DNA of 63,928 nt, filler included, from Octopus bimaculoides (taxonomy: Eukaryota), in NCBI RefSeq assembly GCF_001194135.2. It is 7 parts of 5 records of this genome, joined end to end, with 100 filler letters (N's around TTAATTAATTAA, not from the genome) between each part and the next. Parts side by side here need not be neighbours in the genome. Positions count along the whole stretch, not along the records: positions 31,975 to 52,337 come from NC_068985.1; positions 52,438 to 58,954 come from NC_068985.1; positions 59,055 to 61,743 come from NC_068986.1; positions 61,844 to 63,928 come from NC_068995.1; 3 more parts are not named here. One strand, written 5' to 3'. The notes below the pieces were generated by a model that had not been told where the DNA came from, searched no databases, and saw only the letters and a list, made by a program, of their open reading frames with translations. Of this stretch, positions 51,043 to 63,928 are shown piece by piece. Within the stretch, counting starts at the first letter, position 1. The number at the start of each line of letters is the position of its first letter. Made by a program: the position numbers and the translations under genes.

Positions 51043-51852
51043 TTGGGTTGTCCGGAAAGTTCGTGCCGATTTATAGTAGCTTACCTTTCGACTTATTTTA
51101 GAACATGGTTAAGTCCATAAAATAAGATTTGGCTACACCTCCATTTAGAGCACAGTTTAAGCTATCTTTTCGTGAAAGAAGGTTTATGTTCCTATAACCT
51201 GTGTTAATTCTGTACCCTTTAAAAGTTCATTTTCGGCACTTGGTGCTTGTCTTCTTCCGTAAAGGGAAAAATGCCTCAGAAGCAACCAAAGAAATATACG
51301 CAGTTTACGGTGATGTTTCTTTATCCGAAAGAACTGTACGGAAGTAGTTCGCAAGGTTCCGAGCTGGAGATTGTAGCCTTATTGATAAAGAGCGATCAGG
51401 CAGACCATCCGACGAGTTAAAAGCAGCAATTCAAGAGAAACGTCCAGAATTGGCCAACAGGAAGGGTGTTGTTTTCCAACATGATAATGCAAGACCGCAC
51501 GTTTCTTTGGGAACCAGACAAAAATTGCTGCAGCTCGGCTGGGATGTGTTACCCCACCCTCCATATTCCCCAGATATTGCTCCTTCGGATTTCCACTTAT
51601 TCAGATGTCTGCAGAATAGTCTTAATGGTAAAAATTTCAATTCCTTGGATGACGTAAAAAGATACCTTGTTGAATTCTTTGCCATGAAACCACCTCAATT
51701 CTTGGAAGAGGATATTTTCAAGTTAAAGGAAAGATGGAGACGCATTGTGCAACAAAATGGTTCATATTTGGTTCATTAAAAATGTAATGGCAAGTATTTA
51801 TTGACCTTTTTCTTTCCTTTAAAAATCGGCACGAACTTTCTGAACAACCCAA
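51043..51852 (+). mobile_element. Internally deleted mariner (810 bp), mellifera-like
   Basis: TIRs TTGGGTTGT(C/T)C(G/A)GAAAGTTCGTGCCGATTT with TA each side. KVHFRHL..FFRKGKNAS..., SGRPS fused in frame to DELKAAIQEKRPELANRKGVVFQHDNARPH...YSPDIAPSDFHLF, with D34D spacing. No start codon and one stop. Confidence 0.95.
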
Positions 51853-52437
51853 TATATACATACATATATAATGACAGTAAACTTTTTTTCATCCTCTGAA
51901 CATCTTTCTAATTAATATTCTGATTGATTGATTGATTTATTACAAGGGACAAAGCACAGTTTAACGAAGAAACAACTCAGTTTCATCTACCTTGAAAAGT
52001 TGTCTGTGTTTGTGTGGAGAGTATGTATGTATGTATGTATGTATGTATGTATGTATGTATGTATGTGTGTATATGTTTGTGTGTGTGTATATGTGTGTGT
52101 GTATACTCACACACTTTACTTCACACAAGGACACACGTGTCCACACATAGGGAGATGCACATCCATACATACAAACACGGTACATAGTTGCAAAACACAC
52201 ACACACTCAGACATGCACACACAGGGAGACAGAGGTGCGTACATATACAATCACACGCACACACATATATACATACATACATACATACATACATATGCAT
52301 ACACATATATACATACACATATATACATACACATATANNNNNNNNNNNNNNNNNNNNNNNNNNNNNNNNNNNNNNNNNNNNTTAATTAATTAANNNNNNN
52401 NNNNNNNNNNNNNNNNNNNNNNNNNNNNNNNNNNNNN

Positions 52438-52528
52438 ATAAAATAAGTACCAGTCGAGCACTGGAGACGGTGTAATTGACTAGCTCCCGCCCTCCAAAAT
52501 TACAGGCTTTGTGTTTTTAGTAGAAGAG

Positions 52529-52563
<35 letters not shown>

Positions 52564-53020
52564 CATTATTATTATTATTATCAAAGCTACGAGCTGGCAG
52601 AATCATTAGCACGGCGGACAAAATGCTAAGCGGTATTTCGTCCGTCTTTATGTTCTGTTTCAACTTCGGTCGATAAAATAAGTACCAGTCGAGCACTTGG
52701 GTCGAGGTAATCGACCAGCTCTCCCACAAAATCACAGATTTTGCATCTATAGTAGAAAAGATTATTATTATTATCATTATAATTATTATTAAAACGGCGA
52801 GCTGGGAAGACCGTTAGAACGTCTGACAAAATACTTAGCGGTATTTCTTCCGACACATTACGTTCCAAGTTCAAATGCCCCCGATGTCAACTTTGCCTTT
52901 CATCCTTTCGGGGTCGATAAAATATGTACCAGTTGAGCTCTGGGGTCGCTGTTATCGACTTCCCTCTTCCCTCAATATTGCTGGCCTTGTGCCAAAATGA
53001 AAAAGGATTATCATTATTAT
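52438..53020 (+). mobile_element. Three head-to-tail SINE family B copies separated by (ATT)n
   Basis: Tail at 52438-52530, copies at about 52583-52760 and 52792-53010, each ending ...AGAAGAG/AGAAAAG/AAAAAGG-ATTA(T/C)ATT. Confidence 0.85.
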
Positions 53021-53228
53021 AGAACAAAAAAATGTAGGCAAACAAATAATCGATATTTTAATTTTGAAAAGTTTAATAGAGGTAGAAGGTTGAATGCAAA
53101 ATTTTAAAAGAAATAACCCCGCGTCAAATTGTTTCCTTTTTTGTTTGGAGGGAGTGAGATTATTTTACATCATAGAATACTTTGGTTATGAACTAAAAAG
53201 AAAGAAAAACATCCCTAAAAGTAATAGA

Positions 53229-53278
<50 letters not shown>

Positions 53279-53479
53279 CACTGCGTAAGGTAGCATTGTT
53301 TTGATCTGGTAAACTACACCCCTACTCCATGTTGCCCCTTACGGGAACTTTAGAAGTATGACAAACGATCTACAACAATAACATAGTCTTAACAACAACA
53401 GCAACAACAATAACTACATAACAGGCATCCTTTTTCTTAGTTTTCAAAGACAACAACAGCTATTACAAAATATATACAC

Positions 53480-53509
53480 AACAACACACAGTAGCTGCTG
53501 CTGCTGCTG

Positions 53510-53541
<32 letters not shown>

Positions 53542-53645
53542 GTCTTTACTATTGTAATTCCAGCAACTAGCAGGACATCGTTTCTTCAATCGAAGGTAAT
53601 CACAAAAGTATTGACAAAACACCACCACTATCATCACCATATATT

Positions 53646-53722
<77 letters not shown>
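53480..53722. repeat. (CTG)n/(CTA)n microsatellites
   Basis: Read directly. Confidence 0.9.
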
Positions 53723-53723
<1 letters not shown>

Positions 53724-55283
53724 GCGAGTAAGCCTTTTCTTGTTCGCTCAGTCAAAAGTAGCAATCAAATATTCAAATATCCCTCAAACTATACAGTAAA
53801 GTTCTTAAAGCGAAAGGGCCCATTGTATCATGTATATTAACAAAATGAGAAAAAATCTTTTTTTAATATTTTAGCTGTGACCATTCCATTTCTTTTCCTA
53901 GTTTATTATATCTAAGACTACGTTATTTTCTGAGACAACCGAACGTTAGAAATAACTTATATAATAATTAGCAATTGTGTTAAAACAAATATCAACTGTC
54001 TATCGTTGCTGGTGGTTTGAATACATTTTTTCATAGGCTTTACGGCCAGGGATGAATTGTGGATGGTGATAATATAAAAGTCTCCGATCATAGAAAATCG
54101 CAGGCAAAAGTGTTCTAAGAACACCATTAAATTAGCCACACAAATAACTTAGAGGTATCTTCTATGCAGTTTGTCGATCTGTTTGAGACAACTGCCTAAT
54201 TCCGTCACATCTCATCCAACCACTTAAAAACATTAAGTAAATGTTGGACAAAGTAATCCTAGATGTACAACACGTTGCGAAGATTACAGGTAGAATATCT
54301 TTCATCAAAGATTTCTTCAATGTATGGGTTCAGTCCCTATGCACGGTATAGTCTTGAGTCAATCAAAGTCTTGTGAATGAAATTTGGTAAATGGTCTTTG
54401 GAAGGTGGTTAGATTTAATCCATCGTTCAGTTTAACATTTACCACTTGACTTTTGGGAGGTTTAGTGGAGCCCATTGTATTGCAAGTACTCGGGTTAGGT
54501 TTGTAATCTGTGTAAAACTACTTCCCTTCCTGGCACCAAACTCGATGACCCTGAGAGGGGCCATTGAACCCGTCCTTTCTCTAAGTAATTAAGTCAAAAT
54601 GTAATGCTGAATTAGACTAAAGAATATCTTATTCAAAAGTTTCTCATGCATTTGGAAAATAGAAAACAATTTATCCTTTCATTTTTTCTCACATTTAATT
54701 TTTTATATATTCGTATAAAAAAAAATAAAACATATACCTTGCAGTGCTCAATCAGTAACTATAATAATACATGGAAAGAACTGTATTTTACACAAAGTAT
54801 TTAATGGCTTCAGATTTGGGCGCATTTCAAAACATACATAATATCATTTTGCTTCGAAATCACTTGGTTTTACCTTCAGCAATTTCTGGTACAAAGAGGC
54901 AAAACAAATCTGATACACCAAAATTGTTGTTATTGCTGTCATTTAAATCTAGGACAAGTCGATCTGACATCTGATTTGCAAGTTGTCAGTTGACTCTACT
55001 GGTCTATAGTTTAATGTTCTCCATTCTTCCACTTAAGGACTATACTGTGCACTTAAATGGCGACACGGTTTTTCCGTATCAGATGTAGTTAGCAATCTGA
55101 GTTATTTACGTTTTATTTCTAGTGTCCACTTCCGTTTTGTATCTCAGTATGCTATGATCGGGATCATAGGGTAGTTTGAACACAACAGTTGCTGTTCCCC
55201 TGTTCGTATTAGTTGTTAGCTGAGCACGTTTGACACTGATCAGAGAGATGTCAGCTGTGATATTTACCAGGTCACTTGTCACT

Positions 55284-55327
<44 letters not shown>

Positions 55328-55330
55328 ATT

Positions 55331-55361
<31 letters not shown>

Positions 55362-55374
55362 ATCTATCTATCTG

Positions 55375-55424
<50 letters not shown>

Positions 55425-56199
55425 AATCAAAACTATATGTCAGTCTGAACATTTTTGATAGTTTTTGATTCACAAAAATGGTAAGAATAACTTAAATACA
55501 TTTGACTCCTTTGATATTGCTTATTCATGATTATACCGACTTCGATGACACTTATTTTGACTATCCACGAAAGATGAAAATCAAAGTAATCGACTTCAAC
55601 CGGATTCGAATTCGAAATGTAGAGCTATCACCACGCTCAAAACATTCTGCATGACGTTCTACAGTTCTATCAATCTACAGCTCTCGTTATAATAGTTATT
55701 TTCCAAGGCCACACAGTTTATGAGCGAAGTGTAGTTAATTTATTCCATTGCGGTACTAGCGGTATTGTACGTTTCCCCAACTCTTGGAGTCTCAAAGGCA
55801 AAGATGAACCAGGTATGATTGGAATTGAAATTATAGAATTACAGAACTGAACATTGTAATGCTTTTTATCCGTCACTCAACCGTTTCTCCGTAATGTGCA
55901 GCCCACATGCCTTTTGAAATAAAAATATCTGGCAATCTATTTCTATTTTGACGAAAATTATGCAATTACCCATTATTCATGGTCATTTACTTACACTTTA
56001 TTGTTATTTAAGTGTTAATTTACTTTTAATGTTTGAAAAAGAGACAAATCAACGTAAATTAAGGCAGTAAAAAATATCGCATCACTTTTTAACAGGAAAT
56101 AAAAGACGAAAATAACATTTGGTTTTCTTTTTCCCTTGAAATATCCAGCAGTCTGTGTATTCTGTTATCAACGATGGTTACTTCATAACAATCTCTCTT

Positions 56200-56235
<36 letters not shown>

Positions 56236-56525
56236 GCATACATTTACTTCCTCTCAGAGACGAATTGGCCTTGTGGCTAAAGTAATTTAAACAATTGATG
56301 TAAGTGTTGTGAGTTCGAATGTTGCCATTGGCATTATGACTTTGGCTGAGTGCAAAATTCGATATCCATCTTTCCTCTGCCTGTTCAAACTTCCCAAAAT
56401 AATAAATAAAACAACGAAAGACTCGAACAAACAATTTTATTTCTGTCTAGTGGATTGTTTGGTTGACTGATAGCCGGTGGCGATGACGATGAAAAGAAGT
56501 AGAAGGGGGAGGGTAAGGAATAGCG

Positions 56526-56589
<64 letters not shown>

Positions 56590-56679
56590 AAATACTGATA
56601 AGAAGCTGGGTGTTTCATAATTGAAAGCTTTTATTGATACACCCCTAAGGACTCTCAAATGCAAATAGTACAGAGTTGA

Positions 56680-57125
56680 GGGGCGGCGGATTGACAGAAT
56701 AGTTAAACCACCGCACAAAATGCCTTGAGGTATTTCTTCCAAATCTTTATGTTCTGGGATCAAATCCCGCCGAGGTCACCTTCATCTTTCATTCTTTTGG
56801 TGTTGATAACGGACCAATCAAATACGGGGGTCGAGGGTTTCGACAAACCCCAATCTTCCATCTATTAATAAACTGGAATCGATGTCATTGAAAAATACTC
56901 TCGTCTCAAAATTAATGGTTTGGGGCCCAAATTAGTAGCAGCTAATATTAAGAACGGTGTGTTACAGAATCGTAAGAGCATGGGACAAAATGCTTATTGG
57001 CATTTCATCCGGCTTTTTAGATCCTAAGTTCAAATTTCACCAAGATCAACATTTCCTTTCATCCACAAAGGATGGAAATAAGTACCAGTTGAGCTCTGGG
57101 GTCGATATAACCGATTATCACTGTC
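56680..57125 (+). mobile_element. Two adjacent degenerate SINE family B copies
   Basis: GGCGGCGGATTGACAGAATAGTTA... and TTACAGAATCGTAAGAGC...AAGTACCAGTTGAGCTCTGGGGTCGAT. Confidence 0.65.
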
Positions 57126-57199
57126 TTAACCATGATGAAGCACTAGTCAGTGCGAAAGGTATGAATGATTTCCCAATGTTGTTAAGAAACAATTCGCTA

Positions 57200-57720
57200 A
57201 CATATTCGGACTGTTTTATTTAAAAATGACGGTAATACGAATCTAAGTATAGTTAATTTCTTAGATATCACTCTATATTTATGTACTGGTAAACATTGCT
57301 CCAAGATAAACCTGACGACAAGTTGCATTATATAAATATTCATTTTAACTTTCTCTCTCAAAAACCCTTAGGCAACTGATATTATATGTAAGAACATATC
57401 CAATTTATCATTTGACGAAGAATTCTTTAATCATACCGCTCATTGTTACATTGATGCATTAAAAACAGTAGCTACAAATATAGAATATGCGATATATAAA
57501 ACAGTACAAACACTGAGAGACCTCCAACAGATAGAAACGAAATATTGTATAGTATAATTCTTCATATACTTTAAACGTTCTTTTCAATATTACCGGTACT
57601 TTCCCAAACCTTGCAAAGAAATATTTCCCCCATAGACGATTGATATATAACATTTAACAGAATTACCGCCAAGGCTAGCAACAATTGCACCAAAAACTCA
57701 GCCGCTTCCATAACAGTATT
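57200..57720 (+). mobile_element. Penelope-like element RT relic
   Basis: NLSIVNFLDITL, KPDDKLHYINIH and AKKYFPH motifs match PLE RT sequence (VNFLDVTL...KP....YIN). Confidence 0.65.
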
Positions 57721-57939
57721 TATACATTATTTAAAGGATGCTAAAATTAAAAAATATAAAGCTGATTGGTTTTTATATTGATCATCTATGTTAATCCGAC
57801 AATATTAATTGCTTCATAAGATGTAGTCTTTGCCTCTCTGAGTAGTAAACTATTATGTCGTAATGTACCGCAACACTGAGCAAAAGTGCCGTGATGAATT
57901 TGTCAGAATACTTCTATCAATATTCATAGAGAAACTTCA

Positions 57940-58170
57940 GGGCGGCGTACTGGCAGAATTGTTAGAACGCCGGGCAAAATGCTTAGTAACATCTCGTCCG
58001 TCTTTACGGTCTGGGTTCAATACTGCCGAGGTTGACTTTGACTTTGACTTTGCCTTTCAACTTTTCGGAGTCGATAAAATAAGTACCAGCTGTGTACTGG
58101 GGTCGATATAATCGACTTATCTCCTCCCACAAAATTACTGGCATAGTGCCAAAATTTGAAACCAATATTT
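57940..58170 (+). mobile_element. SINE family B, near full length
   Basis: GGCGGCGTACTGGCAGAATTGTTAG...GGTTCAAATAC...CTTTTCGGAGTCGATAAAATAAGTACCAG...GTGCCAAAATTTGAAACC. Confidence 0.85.
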
Positions 58171-58835
58171 ATTGAGAAGTTTCTAATACAAACTGGTGAA
58201 AATAATTTATGATTTTCTTACACTACAAAATAATGTCGCATATTATAAAAAACAAAAAATCAGTTTTCATTCAACAATAAAAATACATCAACAATATCAA
58301 TTTTCTTTGCTTTTCTATAATTTACATACATATAAGACACGAAAATATCACAATATTTTGCATGCGAATATATGAATTCTCAATGTGCTCTGATTATCAT
58401 ACTTCGATACATGAATCTGAGGTATTTTCTTACCCCCACTTTTTTTGTTACTGAGACAGAATCGATCAAATTCCGGTGATTAATCATATGTCGATGTGCT
58501 TACGAATAATTTTACTTTTACATTGTCGCACAACTTCTCTTCTACATTCATTTGAATATAATATTTCATCGTGAAACTCAGTCATCGGGAAACTTAGAGT
58601 AGCGATTTAAGAAGAAATAGCTTCTGAAAAAGATACAAACAGTAGTTCATGTACCAAGTGCTTTTTTGTTCGCTTGTAAACTCAATTGTTTATCGCGTTT
58701 ACCAATGCACACCTACACTTCGTACCTGAGAGGTATGGGTTCGATTCTCCGTAGCTGCCTTTCGGCAACTTTTTTTTCCATTTTCTAAGGGTAAATGCTC
58801 ACTCATATTCGACTGTTTTCAACAGCAATATATCA

Positions 58836-58881
<46 letters not shown>

Positions 58882-59054
58882 TCTTTTACTTGTTTCAGTC
58901 ATTTGACTGCGACCAGGCTGGAGCACCGCCTTTAGTCGAGCAAACCGACCCCAGNNNNNNNNNNNNNNNNNNNNNNNNNNNNNNNNNNNNNNNNNNNNTT
59001 AATTAATTAANNNNNNNNNNNNNNNNNNNNNNNNNNNNNNNNNNNNNNNNNNNN

Positions 59055-59301
59055 ACATAACAAAAATAGCAGGACTTCCAAATATATATAACATACAGAA
59101 AATTGCACTACTGGGTACTGCACACATTCTATGCAAAACACTTTCAATACAGTAAACATAAGAGCACCACAGCAAACCACAGCACATACCCAAGGCGCAC
59201 AGAGCTGCGCTCGGTAGTGAAGTGAAAGCACGTTATAAAAATAAAACTACTGAACAATAATAATAATAATAATGATAATAATAATAATAATAATAATAGT
59301 G

Positions 59302-59360
<59 letters not shown>
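59055..59360 (+). mobile_element. REL family 1 second copy, 3' end with a long (AAT)n
   Basis: NIYNIQKIALLGTAHILCKTLSIQ* and a 3' UTR nearly identical to 32380-32560. Confidence 0.9.
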
Positions 59361-59361
<1 letters not shown>

Positions 59362-59582
59362 GCCCTGATGCAGGGCTTCTGACCCTAACTGATCGGAAGT
59401 CTTATCATGTACATTGTTTTGTCATGGCATAAAAGATGGGCCACAGCAAATACTCTGCTCAGTACCATAGATTTGCTTGTCAGCTGTTTGACCATAACCT
59501 TCATGTCCTTCAGTGGCAGACGATATGTGCATCTCTGATCACGAGCAGAAGTAGTAGGGGAGCATCATAGCCATGTAATGAA

Positions 59583-59960
<378 letters not shown>

Positions 59961-60099
59961 ATTTACATAAAAATTTATAAACATTAAGAAACAATTAACA
60001 AGAATATTCTAACTACAAAATGCCTCAGGCTTAGCAGGATGGAAACATCAAGGGATCCCACAGTTGTCAATTCCTCATACTCATCAGGAGTACCATGGC

Positions 60100-61160
60100 A
60101 AGTGTTCCTTTCGCCTCCACACTACTCAGAGTAGAAGCGTTAGTATGGCGTAGGCCAAACACTCGTATCATCCTCTCTACATTTACCCTTGCTTTTCATC
60201 AAATTTATTGCGGGAAACACAACTCTCTCAACATTCACTTTTTTCAATTGGACTTTAAACAATTTGATGAGAGCTTGGCCGAAGAGCAAAAGTGTCTGCT
60301 TTCTGTGCTTTTAGCTTCATCTACCACATAATCTCTTTTGCTATAGTCACTACACTGATGGAAACTGCGAACCCTATCCAGCCAAAGAAAGGTGGCAGAT
60401 CGATCTTGATGGTAAAATCAGCCGATAGACGGATCAATCCTACACATGATAACCGCTGTTCGACATCACTCCACAAGTTAGCAATGTTCGAGCATAGAAC
60501 GAGTGCGTGCAGCACGGTTTCATCCCTCTGCGAGCATCTTGTGCTTGCGTAGCTGAAAGCAAAGACCTCCCATCCAGCCCACCAGTTGCAGTGCCAGTTC
60601 AGAGATTTCTGGAAATCATCCATGGGTGCTACTGGAATTCCTTCAGAAAAGACCAGCTAGTTGATTTTCATCGATACCCTGATTTTACCCAACAATGTCA
60701 TCACTTTACCCACCATTAATCTTATGTATAACGCCGTGGTGGAAAATCTACCGGCCTCATTACCCGACTATCGGAGATTTGTGAGTACCTGATGGCACTC
60801 AAGAGTCAGGAATTCTTACTCGGACTACGCTTGATTCAGCACTGCAACTCCATCAAAGAGATGAGCTACGCCAAAGCGCATATAAAAACAGCAGCAACGC
60901 CAGATTACTGTCAAGGAAACGCAGGGGATGATGTAGCCTCCCTCAATCTTCAATGCACCGAATGTTGACAGAAATGGATAGCAGAATGCATCTCCTCTAC
61001 AGAAAACAGAAGAGCAAGTACACCATGATAGTTAGCCATGAAGTGAGGCGAGGTATGGCGGTCAATCTGTAATTCATCACGCAAGATATCCCTAGAGCCC
61101 TCTCTGGCAGCACTGGCTCTAGATTCAATATGTGTAGAAAGGAAGAAAGAGATCACTCGC
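60100..61160 (-). mobile_element. Tx1/L1-clade LINE ORF2 C-terminal relic including the zinc knuckle
   Basis: DENQLAGLF, MDDFQKSL.W, RCSQRDETVLHALVLC (zf-RVT CCHC), AKEIMW and FKVQLKK. Confidence 0.75.
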
Positions 61161-61921
61161 GACGGATCAATCGTATGATATTGAACGATTCTGACAGGTG
61201 GTTATTCATTCTGACAACTTGACGGAATGTAGCTATATATTGCAGCAATCTAATTGCTTCTAATTGTAGCATAAGGCCAGTAAATATTACAGGTATATAT
61301 TTTATCGATGAAAAGTATTAGTTGACCTCGGCTGATCTGAACTCAGAACAAACATGTAAAGAAATACCCCTAAGCATTTTGAACGGCGTTTTAATGATTC
61401 TGCTAGCTCACCATATATATGTATATGTATGTATGTATGTATGTATATATATATATCTTAATATATAAATCTGAAATTGTGTGTTTGTGTGAAGCCTTTT
61501 TGAATGTTTATAGAAATCCACATTTTCCACTTTTTCGTAAAAATTTTTACACCAATGGAATTTTCTCGATCTGAACTTTCCAGTGCAGTAATTAGATTTT
61601 TTAAATTCCGTTTACTTTGTGTGATTTAAGGGAGATTTGGCTGTTGTTTCTAGCAACTTTCATATTTCATCCCTGCTACCTGGAACGCCATTCTTACACA
61701 CGCGCTCAACATAAAAATATAGAGAGTATGAGTAAAAGAGGGANNNNNNNNNNNNNNNNNNNNNNNNNNNNNNNNNNNNNNNNNNNNTTAATTAATTAAN
61801 NNNNNNNNNNNNNNNNNNNNNNNNNNNNNNNNNNNNNNNNNNNTGCATATATATATGCATATATATATATATGCATATATGTATGCATATATATATATAT
61901 ATATGTATGTATGTATGTGTG

Positions 61922-62370
61922 TATAGGCGCAAGCCTGGCTGTATAGTATGGGGCTTTAGTATGAAGCTTGCTTCTCAGCAACATGGTTCAGGTTTCAGTT
62001 CCACTGCGTGGCACCTTGGGCAGGTGCCTTCTACTAGAGCATGGGCCTGACTAAAACTTTGTGAGTGGATTTGGTTGACGAAAACTGAAAGAAGCCCACC
62101 GTATGTATATTTGTGTGTGTGTGTTTGTGTGTGTGTTTGTGTGTGTGTGTCTTTGTGTCTGTGTTTGTCCCCACCACTGCTCGGCAGCTGGTATTGGTGT
62201 GTTTACGTGCCCATAATGTAGTGGTTCGGTAAAAGAGAACGATAGAATAAATACCAGGCTTTACAAATAAGTAATAAGTACTGGAGTTGATAAGTTCGAC
62301 TAAAATTCTCGAAGGTGGTGCCCCAGCATGGCCGCAATCTAATGACTGAAACAAATGAAAGATAAAAGAT
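61922..62370 (+). mobile_element. SINE family A, full length
   Basis: Same architecture as 1915-2382, with internal (TG)n. Confidence 0.9.
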
Positions 62371-62458
62371 ATAGGAAATTATTGTATTATAAATTTATGT
62401 ATGTAAGTATGTATGTATGTATCTATCTATCTATCTATCTAGCTAGCTAGCTATACAG

Positions 62459-62530
<72 letters not shown>

Positions 62531-63031
62531 NNNNNNNNNNNNNNNNNNNNNNNNNNNNNNNNNNNNNNNNNNNNNNNNNNNNNNNNNNNNNNNNNNNNNN
62601 NNNNNNNNNNNNNNNNNNNNNNNNNNNNNNNNNNNNNNNNNNNNNNNNNNNNNNNNNNNNNNNNNNNNNNNNNNNNNNNNNNNNNNNNNNNNNNNNNNNN
62701 NNNNNNNNNNNNNNNNNNNNNNNNNNNNNNNNNNNNNNNNNNNNNNNNNNNNNNNNNNNNNNNNNNNNNNNNNNNNNNNNNNNNNNNNNNNNNNNNNNNN
62801 NNNNNNNNNNNNNNNNNNNNNNNNNNNNNNNATAATATATGAGTATATGCGTATATACGTACATGTATGTACATACCTACATCTACATGTATATATAGAT
62901 GCATATCTGAGTACAGGACGTAGCAAGAAAACGTGGACAAAATGATAAACGGAGTACAGAAAACACACAGGCCACATAGAGAACATTTACTTCATTAGCT
63001 GCCACCATTCTAAAACTAAGCGTTAGAGAGG

Positions 63032-63071
<40 letters not shown>

Positions 63072-63399
63072 GTCACAGACATGCTGACAGACAGACAGAC
63101 AGACAGGCAGGCAGGCAGGAAATCAGATAGATAAATAGATAGATAAACGGAATAACTTGATTGGTAGGTGGGTTGCGAGGTAGGTAGCTGGATAAAGAAA
63201 TAGATGGGCAGAGAAATTTATAAAATGGATGAATATATATAGAAAAGAGATAAACGGGGAAAAAAATCAATCGATAGTATTAGACCCACGCATAGATAAA
63301 TATATAGATTATAGATATAATTATTTAGAACTGCATAGCTAGCTAGGTAGACAGGCAAATAGACAGAAATAGATAAGTGGTTAAATAGAATTGGGGAAA

Positions 63400-63780
63400 T
63401 AGTCAGAACGATTTCTTCCTTCTCATCATTGTATTAATTCCAGAAATTGCCAGATCTGCTGCAAGGCCCATCACATCTCATCTTGATTTCTTTGTCTTGA
63501 ATTTTCGGTTGTGAGGTCAAACATTGTTAAGTTTGACCTCATTGCTTCTTGCCTCCAACACCAGTAATTTGTATTGTGCCACCACGTGGTTCTTTAAACA
63601 GCCAGTTCTGAAAGCGGACCTCGATTTTTTTTTGCCATGTCTTCTTCTCTCTTACTTCTGGCATAGAGAACCTTATTTTGTCAGTCCATGGCACTCTATC
63701 AACACTCACCATCCGTTCACACCATGGCCATACAAGTACAGTTGTCTCCTCTACCTGCATATGCCGGAAGATGACTCATC
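63400..63780 (-). mobile_element. Possible RTE-type LINE 3' relic
   Basis: Weak resemblance (QVEET..LVWPWCERM) to RTE QERRLRWYGHV.RM, flanked by (CAT)n; heavily decayed. Confidence 0.25.
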
Positions 63781-63928
63781 ATAATGACCATCTTCATCAT
63801 CATCATCATCATCATCTCTCTCTCTTATCTCTCTCACTCTTTTTCTCTCAGCTTGTATGTGCTCTGTCTTTCATGCAACACCCCCTACACACACGTACAC
63901 ACACAATCACACATGTACAGACCTATAT

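Noticed and set aside
53544-53601. Possible micro-exon (AG|CAACTAGC...GAAG|GTAATC, QLAGHRFFNR)
   Set aside because: Splice-like dinucleotides are common by chance, it lies between microsatellites, and no partner exons were found. RNA-seq would be needed.

Overview
AT-rich, microsatellite-dense eukaryotic scaffold with many N-gaps. The SINE repertoire and repeat landscape look like an octopus/cephalopod genome; this is inference from pattern recognition, not a database hit. I found no supportable host protein-coding exon, true tRNA/rRNA gene or CRISPR array, so the window reads as intergenic or deep-intronic DNA made largely of transposon relics. DNA transposons: one full-length and one internally deleted mellifera-like DD34D mariner, cecropia-like and irritans-like mariner fragments, a decayed DUF4817-type Tc1/mariner, a pogo fragment and two MITE/foldback elements. 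Non-LTR retrotransposons: CR1, Tx1/L1, two R4/Dong-like restriction-endonuclease (REL) families and Penelope-like elements (PLE). There are also at least five SINE families, some nested. The most interesting signals are: (i) a minimal type-I hammerhead ribozyme at 27979-28024, plus two decayed hammerhead-like motifs in inverted PLE pseudo-LTRs beside a GIY-YIG ORF; (ii) a Tx1/L1 copy with a 5' inversion typical of twin priming; (iii) apparent partitioning of microsatellites among retroelement families, with (CATA)n and (AAT)n for the REL families and (TTA)n for Tx1 and a SINE; (iv) two inverted REL copies sharing the same frameshift. Nearly all long ORFs in the supplied track are microsatellite or gap artefacts. 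I see no strong evidence for a wholly new biological system.
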